Shown: positions 33,734-45,509, counted from the whole stretch's first letter. The stretch: DNA of 63,954 bases, filler included, from Craspedostauros australis (GCA_030167865.1; 17 parts of 17 records of this genome joined end to end with filler, not necessarily neighbours in it), one strand, 5' to 3'. Numbers and translations are program-made. The notes: generated from the sequence alone by a model not told the origin.

Positions 33734-35388
33734 TTACAGCTTGCTCAACTGCGGCCGTCCTCCGTACTTGCGAATCAATTCTTGTTTCAGCACCTTGCCC
33801 GATGCCGTTTTGGGGATGGTTGGGACGAGAAACAAATATCGCGGCCGTTTGTACTTGGCCAGATGATGCTGCGTGCACAGTTGCTGAATGATGTTGAGAT
33901 TCATGTCGGCGCCGGTGGCAATGACGACAACACACGCCACGGCTTCTCCGAATCGTTCATCAATTCTGGGAAACACGGCACATTCCACAATTTCGGCATG
34001 CCGCAGCAGGATGCGTTCGACTTCGGAAGCAAAGACGGTCTCCCCACCTGTCCGGATCGTGTCCGTGCTGCGGCCACAAAAGTAGAAGGTGCCGTCATCG
34101 ACAAATCCCAAATCGGACGTGGTGAGGTATTCATTGGGATTGCGATCGAGCTGCGTCGGTGCATCGCGATCCCAATACCCATTCATCATCTGCGGTCCTG
34201 CGAAGGCGATCAAGCCGATGCGGTTGTCTGTTTTCTGAATTTTTAGTTGAACATGCGGTGGCGGTGTCCCAATGCAGTCGGCAAACGAGACAGCAGCAGA
34301 GGTACGCTGCAGATCCAAAAACGTCAACGACGACGCGGCTTCCGTGCAGGCGTAGGTTTGGAGGAACCGCGCGTTGGGGAGGATCTTCTGCTTGTACTGT
34401 TGGTGGAGCTTGTGCGGGATGGATTGGCCACCGATCAACACCAATCGGACGTGGGAGTATCGTGCTGTGGGACGTTGTTGATGTGCGTATGCCTGTGCCA
34501 TGGCCACCAGCATGGCCGGAACGACGACCAAGGTGTTGACGCAGTGCAATGCATCATCGGCATTTGTATCCTTCGACAAGCATTTCCAGACAAGCGGCGG
34601 ATTGAAAGATGCCGGCGATTGCTGCGCGTTCGTTGAGATTGTCGCTGTTGTTGTTGCTGCTGGATGCGCCGGCAATGCCAAACAACCACCAGCTAGCAGG
34701 ACCGCCAATGCGCTGCTGAGACCACCAATGTGAAAGAACGGCACAGTCGACGCGAGCAGAACCGTGTCCAGGGAGTACTCACAAGGAGAATGGCACTTGG
34801 CGTACGCCTGGACGAGCAGCGCCCGGTGGCTCAATCGCACTCCCTTTGGTTGGCCGGATGTTGTCCCTGATGTGAACACAATGATGGCATCCTTGCTCGC
34901 GAATGCGTCGCCGCTTCGCAGTTCTGTCAACGATGAACGTGACATTTTGTTAGCTTGCTTGGTGTCACTTTCATGATCGGATTGCGTTGTCAGCACAGGT
35001 CTGGACGATGCGGACAAGGATGGAAGATGCAGGCATTTGCACAGATGTTCGTTGCTGCTCGTGCCGCTTCTCTTGCTACCGTTGAGAATCTGAGACACCC
35101 TCTGCGCCGTTGCATGGAATTCACTGCTGTACAGAAGCAAGGTTCTGCACGTGACCGAGCCCTTTCCTGCTGCTCCTGCTGCCGCTGATGGTGCGAGCGC
35201 TCTGGCCATTTCCTGTGCCGTCCATCGCGTGTTCAGCATGACCGGCAACGCTGGAATTGCCCCGTCGTCTGCCGTGCAAGCCAGCACGGACATCAGCATG
35301 CTGAGCGAGTTGGAGGAGAGGTACGCCACGACGACGCTGTGACAACCGCCATCGGTGGCATCCGCAGCAAGTGATTCTTGCAGAAAGG
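33734..35388 (-). CDS. Peroxisomal acyl-activating enzyme, o-succinylbenzoate-CoA ligase (MenE/AAE14)-like, 5' partial
   Basis: AMP-binding FTSGTTSGQPKGVRLSH, PFFHIGGLSS, YACTEAASSLTF, TSDLG, GRSTDTIRTGGE, YKRPR...PKTASGKV; ends in PTS1 -SKL. Confidence 0.82.
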
Positions 35389-35488
35389 NNNNNNNNNNNN
35401 NNNNNNNNNNNNNNNNNNNNNNNNNNNNNNNNTTAATTAATTAANNNNNNNNNNNNNNNNNNNNNNNNNNNNNNNNNNNNNNNNNNNN

Positions 35489-36148
35489 CTGCAGAGGCTG
35501 TTCCCCAACGACAAGGTCATCGCCAGTCCACGAGCCAGCAAACTGACCGATCTTCTCATCAACGGTTCTGTGACGGGCATCCAGGCCTACACCACCACCG
35601 AGGTGCCGACCATCGAGCGCATGCTGCGCGATGATCCTGCTTTGGCAGGCAAGAAGCTGGAGGTGACAGTGTTGGAAGGTATGGCAAGTGGCAGTGCAGG
35701 TGGCGGCGTTGCTGGTGGAGCCACAAAGCTTGGATACGGTCAGATGGTGTTCACTGGCGACGAGTGCCTGAGCGGTGATGATGATCGACGCGATGTGGTG
35801 AAGGCGTTCTTGCAGGCCACGTTCGAAGGCTGGGAGCATGCCATCCGTCATCCTGAGCTTGCCGCCGAGCAGGTCCTCGAGGCTCAGAAGCGTTTGCTGG
35901 ATGTGAACAGCACGGCCGACGGCGAGCTCGGTGATGTGGATCACTGGTATCGTGGATCGTCGAACGAGACACAGCGCGAGTACGATGTGGAGATGACGCG
36001 TCTGTGCAACGATCAGGTGAAGGGCACGTTTCAGGCAGATCGATACGGAGTGATTGATGTTGATCGTTGGGACGAGGCGAATCGTTGGTTGCTCGGAGAT
36101 GGGTACAAGGGCGATAACTATGCCATCGATCCGGCCGTCTGGAAGTAG
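35489..36148 (+). CDS. Stand-alone/truncated NMT1/THI5-like domain (5' partial), inverted copy of the fusion gene's first domain
   Basis: 35489-36143 is the reverse complement of 39289-39943. It ends ...DPAVWK* where the other copy continues DPAVWTPPAQMLGG into FolD. Confidence 0.65.
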   Translation: MQRLFPNDKVIASPRASKLTDLLINGSVTGIQAYTTTEVPTIERMLRDDPALAGKKLEVTVLEGMASGSAGGGVAGGATKLGYGQMVFTGDECLSGDDDRRDVVKAFLQATFEGWEHAIRHPELAAEQVLEAQKRLLDVNSTADGELGDVDHWYRGSSNETQREYDVEMTRLCNDQVKGTFQADRYGVIDVDRWDEANRWLLGDGYKGDNYAIDPAVWK

Positions 36149-36643
36149 ATTTGCTGCATACCAAGGACATGAGGGAAGGCCAGCAGGCTGGCCAGTGTGC
36201 CTTCGCTCGAAGACTCCACTGTGCCGCAGCTGCCCTGGAGATGTTCTGCACTACACTTGGTATCATACGCACTCGTGCCATACATTTGTACCCCCAGAAA
36301 ACGTCTCCCCATAGCCGAAGACTGAGTGTGTGCATCCATCCTCGAACGATGTCGGAACAAAGTAACCAACCATCCAACGCTGAGCCATGCCGATAGACAG
36401 CGCAGAAGCGAGATAGCCATGCCCTCGAGAGAGAACCATTTCAATGAGCTTGACTCAATCGAGGAATACTCCATACTGATAGTGCTCTGAGGAAGGGTTC
36501 GCACCAAATCCACAGCCAGCCATAAATCTTATATAATGTTATATTAATATTTTAGTAGTATTCCTATCGATATCTGGTGCGTTGCTTGGGGTCGCTTGTC
36601 ACCCTACTAGTATTTATACGATGCCGCGGTCCAGCCGCCAACT

Positions 36644-39600
36644 CTACTTCGATTCTGGTTTGGAGAAGAGGCAAACGTCTCCGTACGAAAGGAATCGGTA
36701 TCCGTTCTCCTGGGCATCCTCGTAGATCTGGCGGATCTTGTTGCCCTTGGAGTCCTTCAGAAAGCCGGAGACCAACAGCATGAGCGTCGAGTCCGGAGCA
36801 TGGAAGTTCGTGACGAGGTTGTCCACAACTTGGAAGTCGTACATGGGTGGGAAGATCATCAGCGAGGTCTTTCCGCTAAGGACCTCCGCATCGTCCCGGC
36901 CCTCGATGAGCGCCTTCAGAGCAGTGACGCGGGAGATGGTACGCCCTTCGCCCACCAGCAGTGGGATCCATTCCATCTGGCCCACCTCGAGGCGGTGGTT
37001 GGCATCGATGCCACCGTCTGATCCCACGGCTTCGAGTCCGCGAATGCGCTTGACTCCACACCAGAAGAGGGACTCGAGGGTGCGGGTGGAGGTGGTGCCC
37101 ACGACAGTGAGAGACTTGCCAGCTTCGAGCGCCCCGATGATGTTTCGGATTTCTCTCACGGACACGCTGAAGACTTCGGCGTGCATCTCGTGGTCGCGTG
37201 CATCCTCGACAAGCACCGGCTTGAAGGTTCCTGCACCAACGTGCAACGACAGGTAGCTGCAGTTGTCAGAACCGATCTCGTCAAGAACTGGCTTGGTGAA
37301 ATGGAGTCCTGCTGTTGGTGCGGCGACTGAACCAGCCTCTACTGCGTAGAGGTTGTTGTATGCCTCTTTGTCGCTGTCTTCAGCGGCACGGTGGAGATAC
37401 GGTGGGATGGGCACAGATCCGGCAGACTTCAAGAAGTCCTCGATGGATGCATCGCTCTGAATGCGCACCCAGCACTCCAAACCGTTCCCATCGCTCTTCT
37501 CGTCCTCCAACCACTCTCTATACCAGGGTGATGTCGGAAGCACGAGGATGATGATGCGATCACAGTTGAGAGGATGACGACGGCGGAAGCAATTGGTCAG
37601 GCATAGAATGAATGACTGAATGGGATGGTTGCGGTGTTTTCGTTCGCAAGTAACATTACAACAACAACAGTAGCAGCAGCAGCAGCAACACCAGCAGAAT
37701 TAACAATCAGCGTGAACTCACCCAATCACTTCATCAATCACGACCTGTTGGTTGTCGCCGAGCTCGGTGAATGTTTGCCCAGCCTTGGCGGCGTCAGTGC
37801 GGATCATGGCACGGAGACGCGTCTCGGAGCACTTCGCGTCCACATCGACGTTTCCCAAATCGAGAATCATGAGCTCGGTCTTTTCAAGTCCGTTCCCGGA
37901 AACGAAGAGGCGAGCATCAAGCACCTTGCTGTCGTTGAAGACAAGATGAGAGCCTTCGATGAGAGATGCGAAAATGTCGGAGAAGTTGTTGTGGTAGGTG
38001 ACCTTGCCAGATCCATCCACGTGAAGCACCTTCGAGCTGCCCCTTGGAGAGGCTGGGTGCTTTGCGATGATATCCTCCTTCAAATCGTACGTGTAGTTCT
38101 TCATCTGAATTTGGTCAGCAGCCAGAAGCATGTCAACTGCCATCGTCGCATCGTAGTCCTTCTCGGTGAGACGACTCGCCTCCCAGGTGAAGAACTCCAG
38201 CTCCAGGTCCACCCCGTGCACACAGGCATGGTTGAACTTCATGTTGGCATGGTGGTCCATGATAGTGCTCATCTCATCCACCTTGCGAGCGGCCTCGAGG
38301 GCCTCCGAGTAGGTGTCGAAATGGTAAGTCTTGCGCAGCTTCTCTTGCTCGCACACCCACCCGTTGGACAACGCCGCGGTCTTCCCGCGACTCATCTGCG
38401 CCCACGCTGCCTTTGCGACATTGCGGAACAGCATGGGGGAGCTCAGCGGACCAATGCCACCTGGAACGGGGCTGAACTTGCATCCGCGTTTGGCAAGGTC
38501 GCCATCGACGTCGGAAACGAGCCGATCCAACTCTTCCACGAAGGTAGTTCCCACATTGATGACGGCGGCGTCCTTGGAGATCCATTCGGCTGGGATGAGC
38601 CCAGGTTCTCCGGCACAGCAGAGCACGACGTCGGCGTTCTCGACGTACGCCTTGGCGGTCGCTTCAGGAACCTTGGAGTGCAGGACGGTCACCGCTGCTC
38701 CCTTCTGACGGCACATGTGGGCCAGGGGAGAGCCGACGATGGGACTGCGTCCGATGACGACGACTCGTTTGCCTCCGAGCTCCACACCGTACTCCTCCAT
38801 GAGCGCGATGGCTCCAGCCGGGGTGACCGGCGGATGCGCGTCGTCATTCCCAATCTCGAGCTGCCCGACGTAGTGAATGCCATCGACGTCCTTCGCAACG
38901 TCGATCGCCGAGAACACCTTTGCCGAGTCGATATGTTCCGGCATCGGCCACATGAGCTGGATGCCATCGACCGAGTCGTCCTTTTGGAGCATGTACAGCT
39001 CACTGAGGAGGGACTCTGTGGTGGTGGTAGCCCCGTCCATGTTGATTTCGGTGACATCGAAGTTGTTGGCACGCCCGACCTCGGACTTGGCAAACCAGCT
39101 GCGCGATGCGTCGCTGTAAATCTCGAGTCGGCGCGTTCCGTGGGCGTAGCGTTTGAGTTCACCGACAGTCACGACGGCGAGTGAAGGGCGACGGCCGTAC
39201 GTCTGTTCGAAGTGCACAGCGGAAGACTTGGCCTCGCCCAGCAGGCGATGGGCCAGCTGGTTGCCACCGAGCATCTGCGCTGGTGGTGTCCAGACGGCCG
39301 GATCGATGGCATAGTTATCGCCCTTGTACCCATCTCCGAGCAACCAACGATTCGCCTCGTCCCAACGATCAACATCAATCACTCCGTATCGATCTGCCTG
39401 AAACGTGCCCTTCACCTGATCGTTGCACAGACGCGTCATCTCCACATCGTACTCGCGCTGTGTCTCGTTCGACGATCCACGATACCAGTGATCCACATCA
39501 CCGAGCTCGCCGTCGGCCGTGCTGTTCACATCCAGCAAACGCTTCTGAGCCTCGAGGACCTGCTCGGCGGCAAGCTCAGGATGACGGATGGCATGCTCCC

Positions 39601-39943
39601 AGCCTTCGAACGTGGCCTGCAAGAACGCCTTCACCACATCGCGTCGATCATCATCACCGCTCAGGCACTCGTCGCCAGTGAACACCATCTGACCGTATCC
39701 AAGCTTTGTGGCTCCACCAGCAACGCCGCCACCTGCACTGCCACTTGCCATACCTTCCAACACTGTCACCTCCAGCTTCTTGCCTGCCAAAGCAGGATCA
39801 TCGCGCAGCATGCGCTCGATGGTCGGCACCTCGGTGGTGGTGTAGGCCTGGATGCCCGTCACAGAACCGTTGATGAGAAGATCGGTCAGTTTGCTGGCTC
39901 GTGGACTGGCGATGACCTTGTCGTTGGGGAACAGCCTCTGCAG
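36644..39943 (-). CDS. queA: Fusion protein NMT1/THI5-like + FolD-like + pterin-4a-carbinolamine dehydratase + QueA; 5' partial (at least 1031 aa); intron 37518-37721
   Basis: THI5-like GIQAYTTTEVP and VKAFLQATFEGWEHAIRHPE. FolD KDVDG, VVVIGRSPIVGSP, PVPGGIGP (about 39274-38400). PCD LRKTYHF...MDHHA...LTEKD (about 38375-38120). QueA from 38104: LVFNDSKVLDARL, PIPPYL, GSVAAPTAGLHFT, LHVGAGTFKPV, VGTTSTRTLES, TNFHAPDSTL, YRFLSYGD. A GG|GTGAGT...TAG|A intron restores the frame inside QueA. Confidence 0.9.
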
Positions 39944-42900
39944 NNNNNNNNNNNNNNNNNNNNNNNNNNNNNNNNNNNNNNNNNNNNTTAATTAATTAAN
40001 NNNNNNNNNNNNNNNNNNNNNNNNNNNNNNNNNNNNNNNNNNNGGAACGGAAAAGGTAAGAAAAGTGAAGATTTCTGATTGGTCGACGGGTGTCGCTATT
40101 GTTAGAGATTTAGCGTGCGCTAATATGAAAGATGAATTCTGATTACACCGGACTTACTTGCCAGCAGTACAGTGCCAGATGAGATTTGTGATGATGTGAG
40201 GGATGTGATTAGAATTTTGGATTAGTATTAGGATTGCATGCATGGGATGATTGGGATAATTGTGAGCAATCAAATCATTTTGGGAATGATTGATTTTGAT
40301 TGTGTGAAAAAATAACACGTGTGACTGTGTAATATCGTGTAACAATGAAAGTGTGAAATAAAGATGGAAATGAGAGCAAAGCAACACATTTCCGTGTTGT
40401 TTGGAAGTTGGGAGAATCGATGTTGGCGATAATCCCATCCTAGCCCAGACCAGAAGCCCAGAGATGAGAATCACGACCAAACGCGCTTCTTGATGATGGT
40501 GCCAAATTGGATGCCTTTCTGCTTGCATCAGATGATTTGTTCTTGATTCATCATGGATGTTTGCGAAGAGGTATGAATGTATGCAGAATCTGCTGTGATG
40601 AGTGTAGACGTACGATTCATTCCGATGGTGAGATCTTGATACGATTGGATTTGTTGATGTGTTTGTTCGTTTTCGTCTGTCGTGGGAGAAGCGGTAAATT
40701 ATCAGTTGTGGAGGAAATGCTTTCAGGAGCACACCTGCTGCACATTGATCGATGATGTCGCATGTATGTCGTGGAGTGGATTGGATGCAGATTGGACAAA
40801 CGGTTCGAATCATGGTTATACTAGGTGAAATATAGCTGTGTGCTGATAATCGATGTGGATTTTCTCCATGGCTTCGGAATATAGCTGCAGGTAGGTGGTC
40901 TGCATGGCCACAAATGCTGCCATCGCCTGTTGCCTGTAGTTGGCCCATGGCCCATCAATGGCGGACAAGTTGAATGGAAGGATGCTCAGTGGACTTGTGC
41001 TAGATTGTGTGCTGAGCTGTCTGCCTTTGTCTTGCTGTCGTTCAGATGTGATGGTAGGACCAGGATTGGGCTGGGTGGGAGGGTTGGCATCTTGAAAGGC
41101 ACCAGCGCTCATCCAGGGGATGCTGTTGATCAGGGCATCGACACTCGAGGTGGCATCAGCATTGGCATTACCATTTACGCCACCAGCAGCACCAGAAACT
41201 GCAGCATCCGTGCCCGCGCCCTCCATTCTGTAGGAATCAAAGACGGCCTCCCACTGTTCATACATCTGCGTCATGTTGGGTGACAGCATCAACTCCATCT
41301 TTTGACCGATGAAGTCGAACTCATCGTGAAATTGCGCCTCCATCATCGGTATCACCGTCGTTGGAAGTTTTGTGAAGGATGATGGCAACAGCATCGCTGT
41401 GTCATCCGACGCCTCCTTGTTATCACTGTCGGCCTGATTGTTGTCTTGGGTCTGGCCTCCTTTGGTTGACCACATGTCAGCGTTTCTCTGTGTGCCAAGA
41501 TCACTGCTGTGCTTGAACAGTATCCAACGTTGCATTCCAATAGAGCGATGCTGGAGTACTCGTACACCAGTGTACTCTTTGTTGTTGTTTTGGAAGATCT
41601 TTGGTGCCCCCTCTGGTGTGTGAGTTGACCAGAATGGAATGATGAGGGCGCCTCCAATCAAACCCAATGGAACCCAATGGAACCCAATTGCACTTCTTGA
41701 CGTGTACGTACTGATAGCTCGTCTGGTATGGCACTTTGGCGCAAAACAATGGAACATGACATGCTTTTAATGCGGCATGAGGCAGGACATGTATGTATGA
41801 GCCAGAAGGTTCTCTCTCCAGACAGTACTTGTGATGGCACCACATGCTGTTCTCGTGCTCGTATTTGTGATTGTGATTGTGATTGCCAGGTGGCGAAACA
41901 CACCAACTGCAGAGACGATGGGGCGCAACGACCACCAACCTCGATCCCATTCGTGGAGAACTCCACTGTGAGGAAGCCAAGAGAACAAAACGCGACAGAG
42001 AGGCCAAAAGCAGAATCTGATCGCAGAGCAAATCTGTGTGCCTTGTTGGAGGCAAAAGTGGAGGCACAGTAGTATTGAATCCTGTTTGACATTTTCAGTC
42101 GCGCATCGGCTTCCTGGAAGGAGGTCAGACGTTCGCATGCACATAGAGTTGATAGTCTCGCACGGACGATAGTGGGACTCCCTAATGAATTTCATCAAAA
42201 GGGTCCAATTTGTCACTGCTGATACCCTCTGTGCAGTTTCTTGTTTTGCATGGGCGAAAACTGACCATCGTCAACACAATTCTGTTAGCGTGGGAATCGA
42301 ATCAAGACTACCCATCATGATCGCCAACTGCAGGAAGGCCAAGATGCACTTTTTGGATATACAGCATGCTCTTGTCAAGCCATAATAACTGATGTATGTC
42401 ACAGGACTCAAGCATCTGCCTGTGTCAATGTTGTATTCCTCATCCAAGACCAATTGTATGTCTGCAATGTCAAACAGAGATCTTCCAAGACCCCTGGTCT
42501 TGGCATGAGTGGACAGGTGTGGAAAAGCGCATGTGTGGGTGATGTAATGCATGAACCAACGTGTCAAAACAGGCACAATCGACCATCTGAACATCTCAAA
42601 GTTATGTGGGTTTGCACGGGGAGAAACTCGTACAAAATCGCCATTCACACTGCTCATCCTGCTCCCATTCACTCAGATGGTCCATCAGTAATCATAAATT
42701 CACAAAACTTTCACATTACAACCAAATACTTTCACAAAACAAACAAATCTCCTTTCAGCCTATGTTCCCTTTTGTACGCCCCGACGTCACACGACTTTGT
42801 TCAAGTCGGTCCGGGTTGCAACTTTGATTCCTTGCACAAGACAAGAAGAAAACAATATCACAACGACTCCCTTTGACCACACTCAATCAAGAACAACTTC

Positions 42901-43181
42901 GCTCCCTTTTCTTTCAATCGCCTAAATCAACGGGGACACCCGGCAAGTCCATTGAAACGTGCGTTTTTTTGACTCATTTGACCAGAGAGATGAATCGAGA
43001 CTGTTTAATCGAATTAGTCTTGCCTACACAATCTGTGTCGTTGCATTCGCTGAAAATGACCAGTACATGTCGTGTCGTTAANNNNNNNNNNNNNNNNNNN
43101 NNNNNNNNNNNNNNNNNNNNNNNNNTTAATTAATTAANNNNNNNNNNNNNNNNNNNNNNNNNNNNNNNNNNNNNNNNNNNN

Positions 43182-45409
43182 CAACAATCAATAGCAACAA
43201 CAGTAACAGTAACAGAAACACTTTCGACAAAGAGTGTGACTACTACCGATTCTCCGTGCGCGGAGTCTTCCAACATCTGGACGTGGTCACCATCAACGCG
43301 ATCAGAGGAGTACTCTGCACAGCACATGCCACTCATCAAGGAGGAAAGGGATACATGGACGACTTCCAAGACAGCAACACGAAGAACAACGACACCGGTT
43401 TCACGAGCACTGGCAACTTCAAGGGGACCTGCCACAACTGTGGTGTGCACGGTCATAGATCTGCGGATTGTCCGGAGCGTAAGAAATCGAACAACAACAA
43501 AATGAACGGAAAGCGCAACAACAAGAACAAGGAAAGCGGCTTCAACAGGAAGTGCAACTACTGCGGCATCTTTGGGCATCGCGAGGCGGAGTGCCAAAAG
43601 AAGAAGTTCAACAAGAAGAAGAAGGCCAACGAGCAGGCCAACACAGCAATGGAAGGACACAACAAGAGCGGCCACGAGATGGTGCTCTCAGCAAGAGACA
43701 TGCCGCTCTGCATGTTGGTCTCCGACGACTACATCGAAGACTCCTTCTTTGATAACTTTGAATACATTGGGAGTGACGACGAAGTGGAGGACCATGAGAT
43801 CGGCCCGGAGTAGCTCAGTGATGAGCCCATCATCCATGAAGTGGATCCGCGACGCGAAGTGAGCTACGAATGCTGCTTCAACGCGAACAACCTGATTGGT
43901 CCATACAGCGACGGAGCTGAGATGGGCAACGAGGCCATCGACAGCGATATCGAAGAGGCCATGAGTGAAGAGGATGACGACGAGGTCAATGAGAACGACA
44001 GAGGTCGAGACGAGACGAACGGCGGCGTGGCGCCGCCCCCTCCAGCGGCGGGGAACAACAGATCGAGAATCTTCGACGAAGATGACAGCGACGAAACAGA
44101 AACGCATCCAGATGACAGTTTCAATCCAAACGAGCGTGTCGTTTATCCAACGGGCATCCAATTCTCACCGGTCGGGAATTCCAACAGATCGGATCACATC
44201 CACTGACATGACACGATCCCCTACGGAACGGCAACAGCATTGACGATTCAGAAGCAACTCATCTTTGACACCGTGATGGCAGCAGGAATGCAAATGTACC
44301 CAGGAACTCCCGAAGGGGCACTCATGCCAATATGGGTGAACATGGTGAGCACCATCCTGTCTGAGAACTTCAGATCAATCGAAGAGATTCTCGCCAACTC
44401 GGTCATCATCAACTGATTGTTGGAAGCAGCGAATACAGAAACGATCCCAGAGACGGATCTGCACTACATCCTCGGAGGGTGTATGCATGTGCTCTTGCGG
44501 GAGCGACCACGTGTCACACCATACGACACAGTCACCGGAACTCATCGGAACAGCACAGTTCCATCGGGCTTCGCACAACTACCCGACGACATGGATGACA
44601 AGGAACATCACAATCCGTACAACAAAGACAGAGTCCACGAAGACGAAGGCGATGGCAGCTTTGACGACGAGATAGCTGCAGCCGCCATGGAGCAGCTCCA
44701 CGAGCTGAGTACCAAATACAAGGACAAGGTCAACAAGGACAGCTGGCTCGCTGACAGCGGAGCTTCATGTCACATCGTGAATTCGGACGCCGCTCTCTTC
44801 AACATGCGGCACATCAAGTCCTTCGTCCAAGTGGGAGACAGCACGAAGCTGGACTCTCCCAAGATGGGATCCATTCGCTTGAAGGTCAAGCAACGAGACA
44901 ACACCAGCCACATCATCCGGCTCGATGATGTGAAGTACACACCAAAAATGGCGGTGAACCTTTTCTCAACGAACAAGGCTCTGTACAACGGTTACCAGCT
45001 TGGTAACAACGGCATTCTGATGGACATCATCAATGGATCCGGAACGAAGATCGTGTTCGATCGAGTCTTCCCCACATCCAACGGATTCATCACAGGAGTG
45101 CAGATGCATCCCATCATGCCAACGGATGACGACAAGGCTTGCACAGCCATCATCAAGAATTCATCCAAGGAGATCAGCGCAGTGAACTTGCATCGAATGC
45201 TTGGCCACGCGCCACTCGAAACCATGAAGCGGACAGCCGCCCAATACGGATGGAAGATTATCGGTGAGTTGCCGGTATGTCGCGACTGCGCGGTCGCGAA
45301 CGCAAGAGTGAAGAACATTCCGAAAGCAACCATTCCGAGAGCAACTCGCCGTGGCGAACGACTCTTCATTGACATTAGTTACACTAAACACATAAGCTTC
45401 GGAGATAAA
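43182..45409 (+). mobile_element. Disabled Copia (CoDi-II-like) fragment: gag knuckles, protease, start of integrase
   Basis: CHNCGVHGHRSADC and CNYCGIFGHREAEC; WLADSGASCH; LHRMLGH...CRDC; RGERLFIDIS. One reading frame broken by stops at 43811, 44204 and 44414. Confidence 0.88.
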
Positions 45410-45509
45410 NNNNNNNNNNNNNNNNNNNNNNNNNNNNNNNNNNNNNNNNNNNNTTAATTAATTAANNNNNNNNNNNNNNNNNNNNNNNNNNNNNNNNNNN
45501 NNNNNNNNN

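Noticed and set aside
37625..39184. 519-aa plus-strand ORF (similarly 12665-13780, 3529-4617, 5376-6341)
   Set aside because: Antisense or alternative-frame shadows of GC-rich genes with no recognisable motifs.
36644..39943. Bacterial contaminant contig as the explanation for queA/folD
   Set aside because: A frame-restoring spliceosomal intron lies within QueA, the domains are fused rather than operonic, and the codon style resembles the other nuclear genes.
40816..42672. ORFs of 313 aa and shorter in the 40-43 kb contig
   Set aside because: No recognisable domain, fragmented frames and a CG-poor context; probably a decayed repeat that I cannot classify.
43811..43813. Programmed gag-pol stop-codon readthrough (also the TAG at 53116)
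   Set aside because: Further in-frame stops follow in the 43-45 kb element and there is no CARYYA-type context; decay is the simpler explanation.
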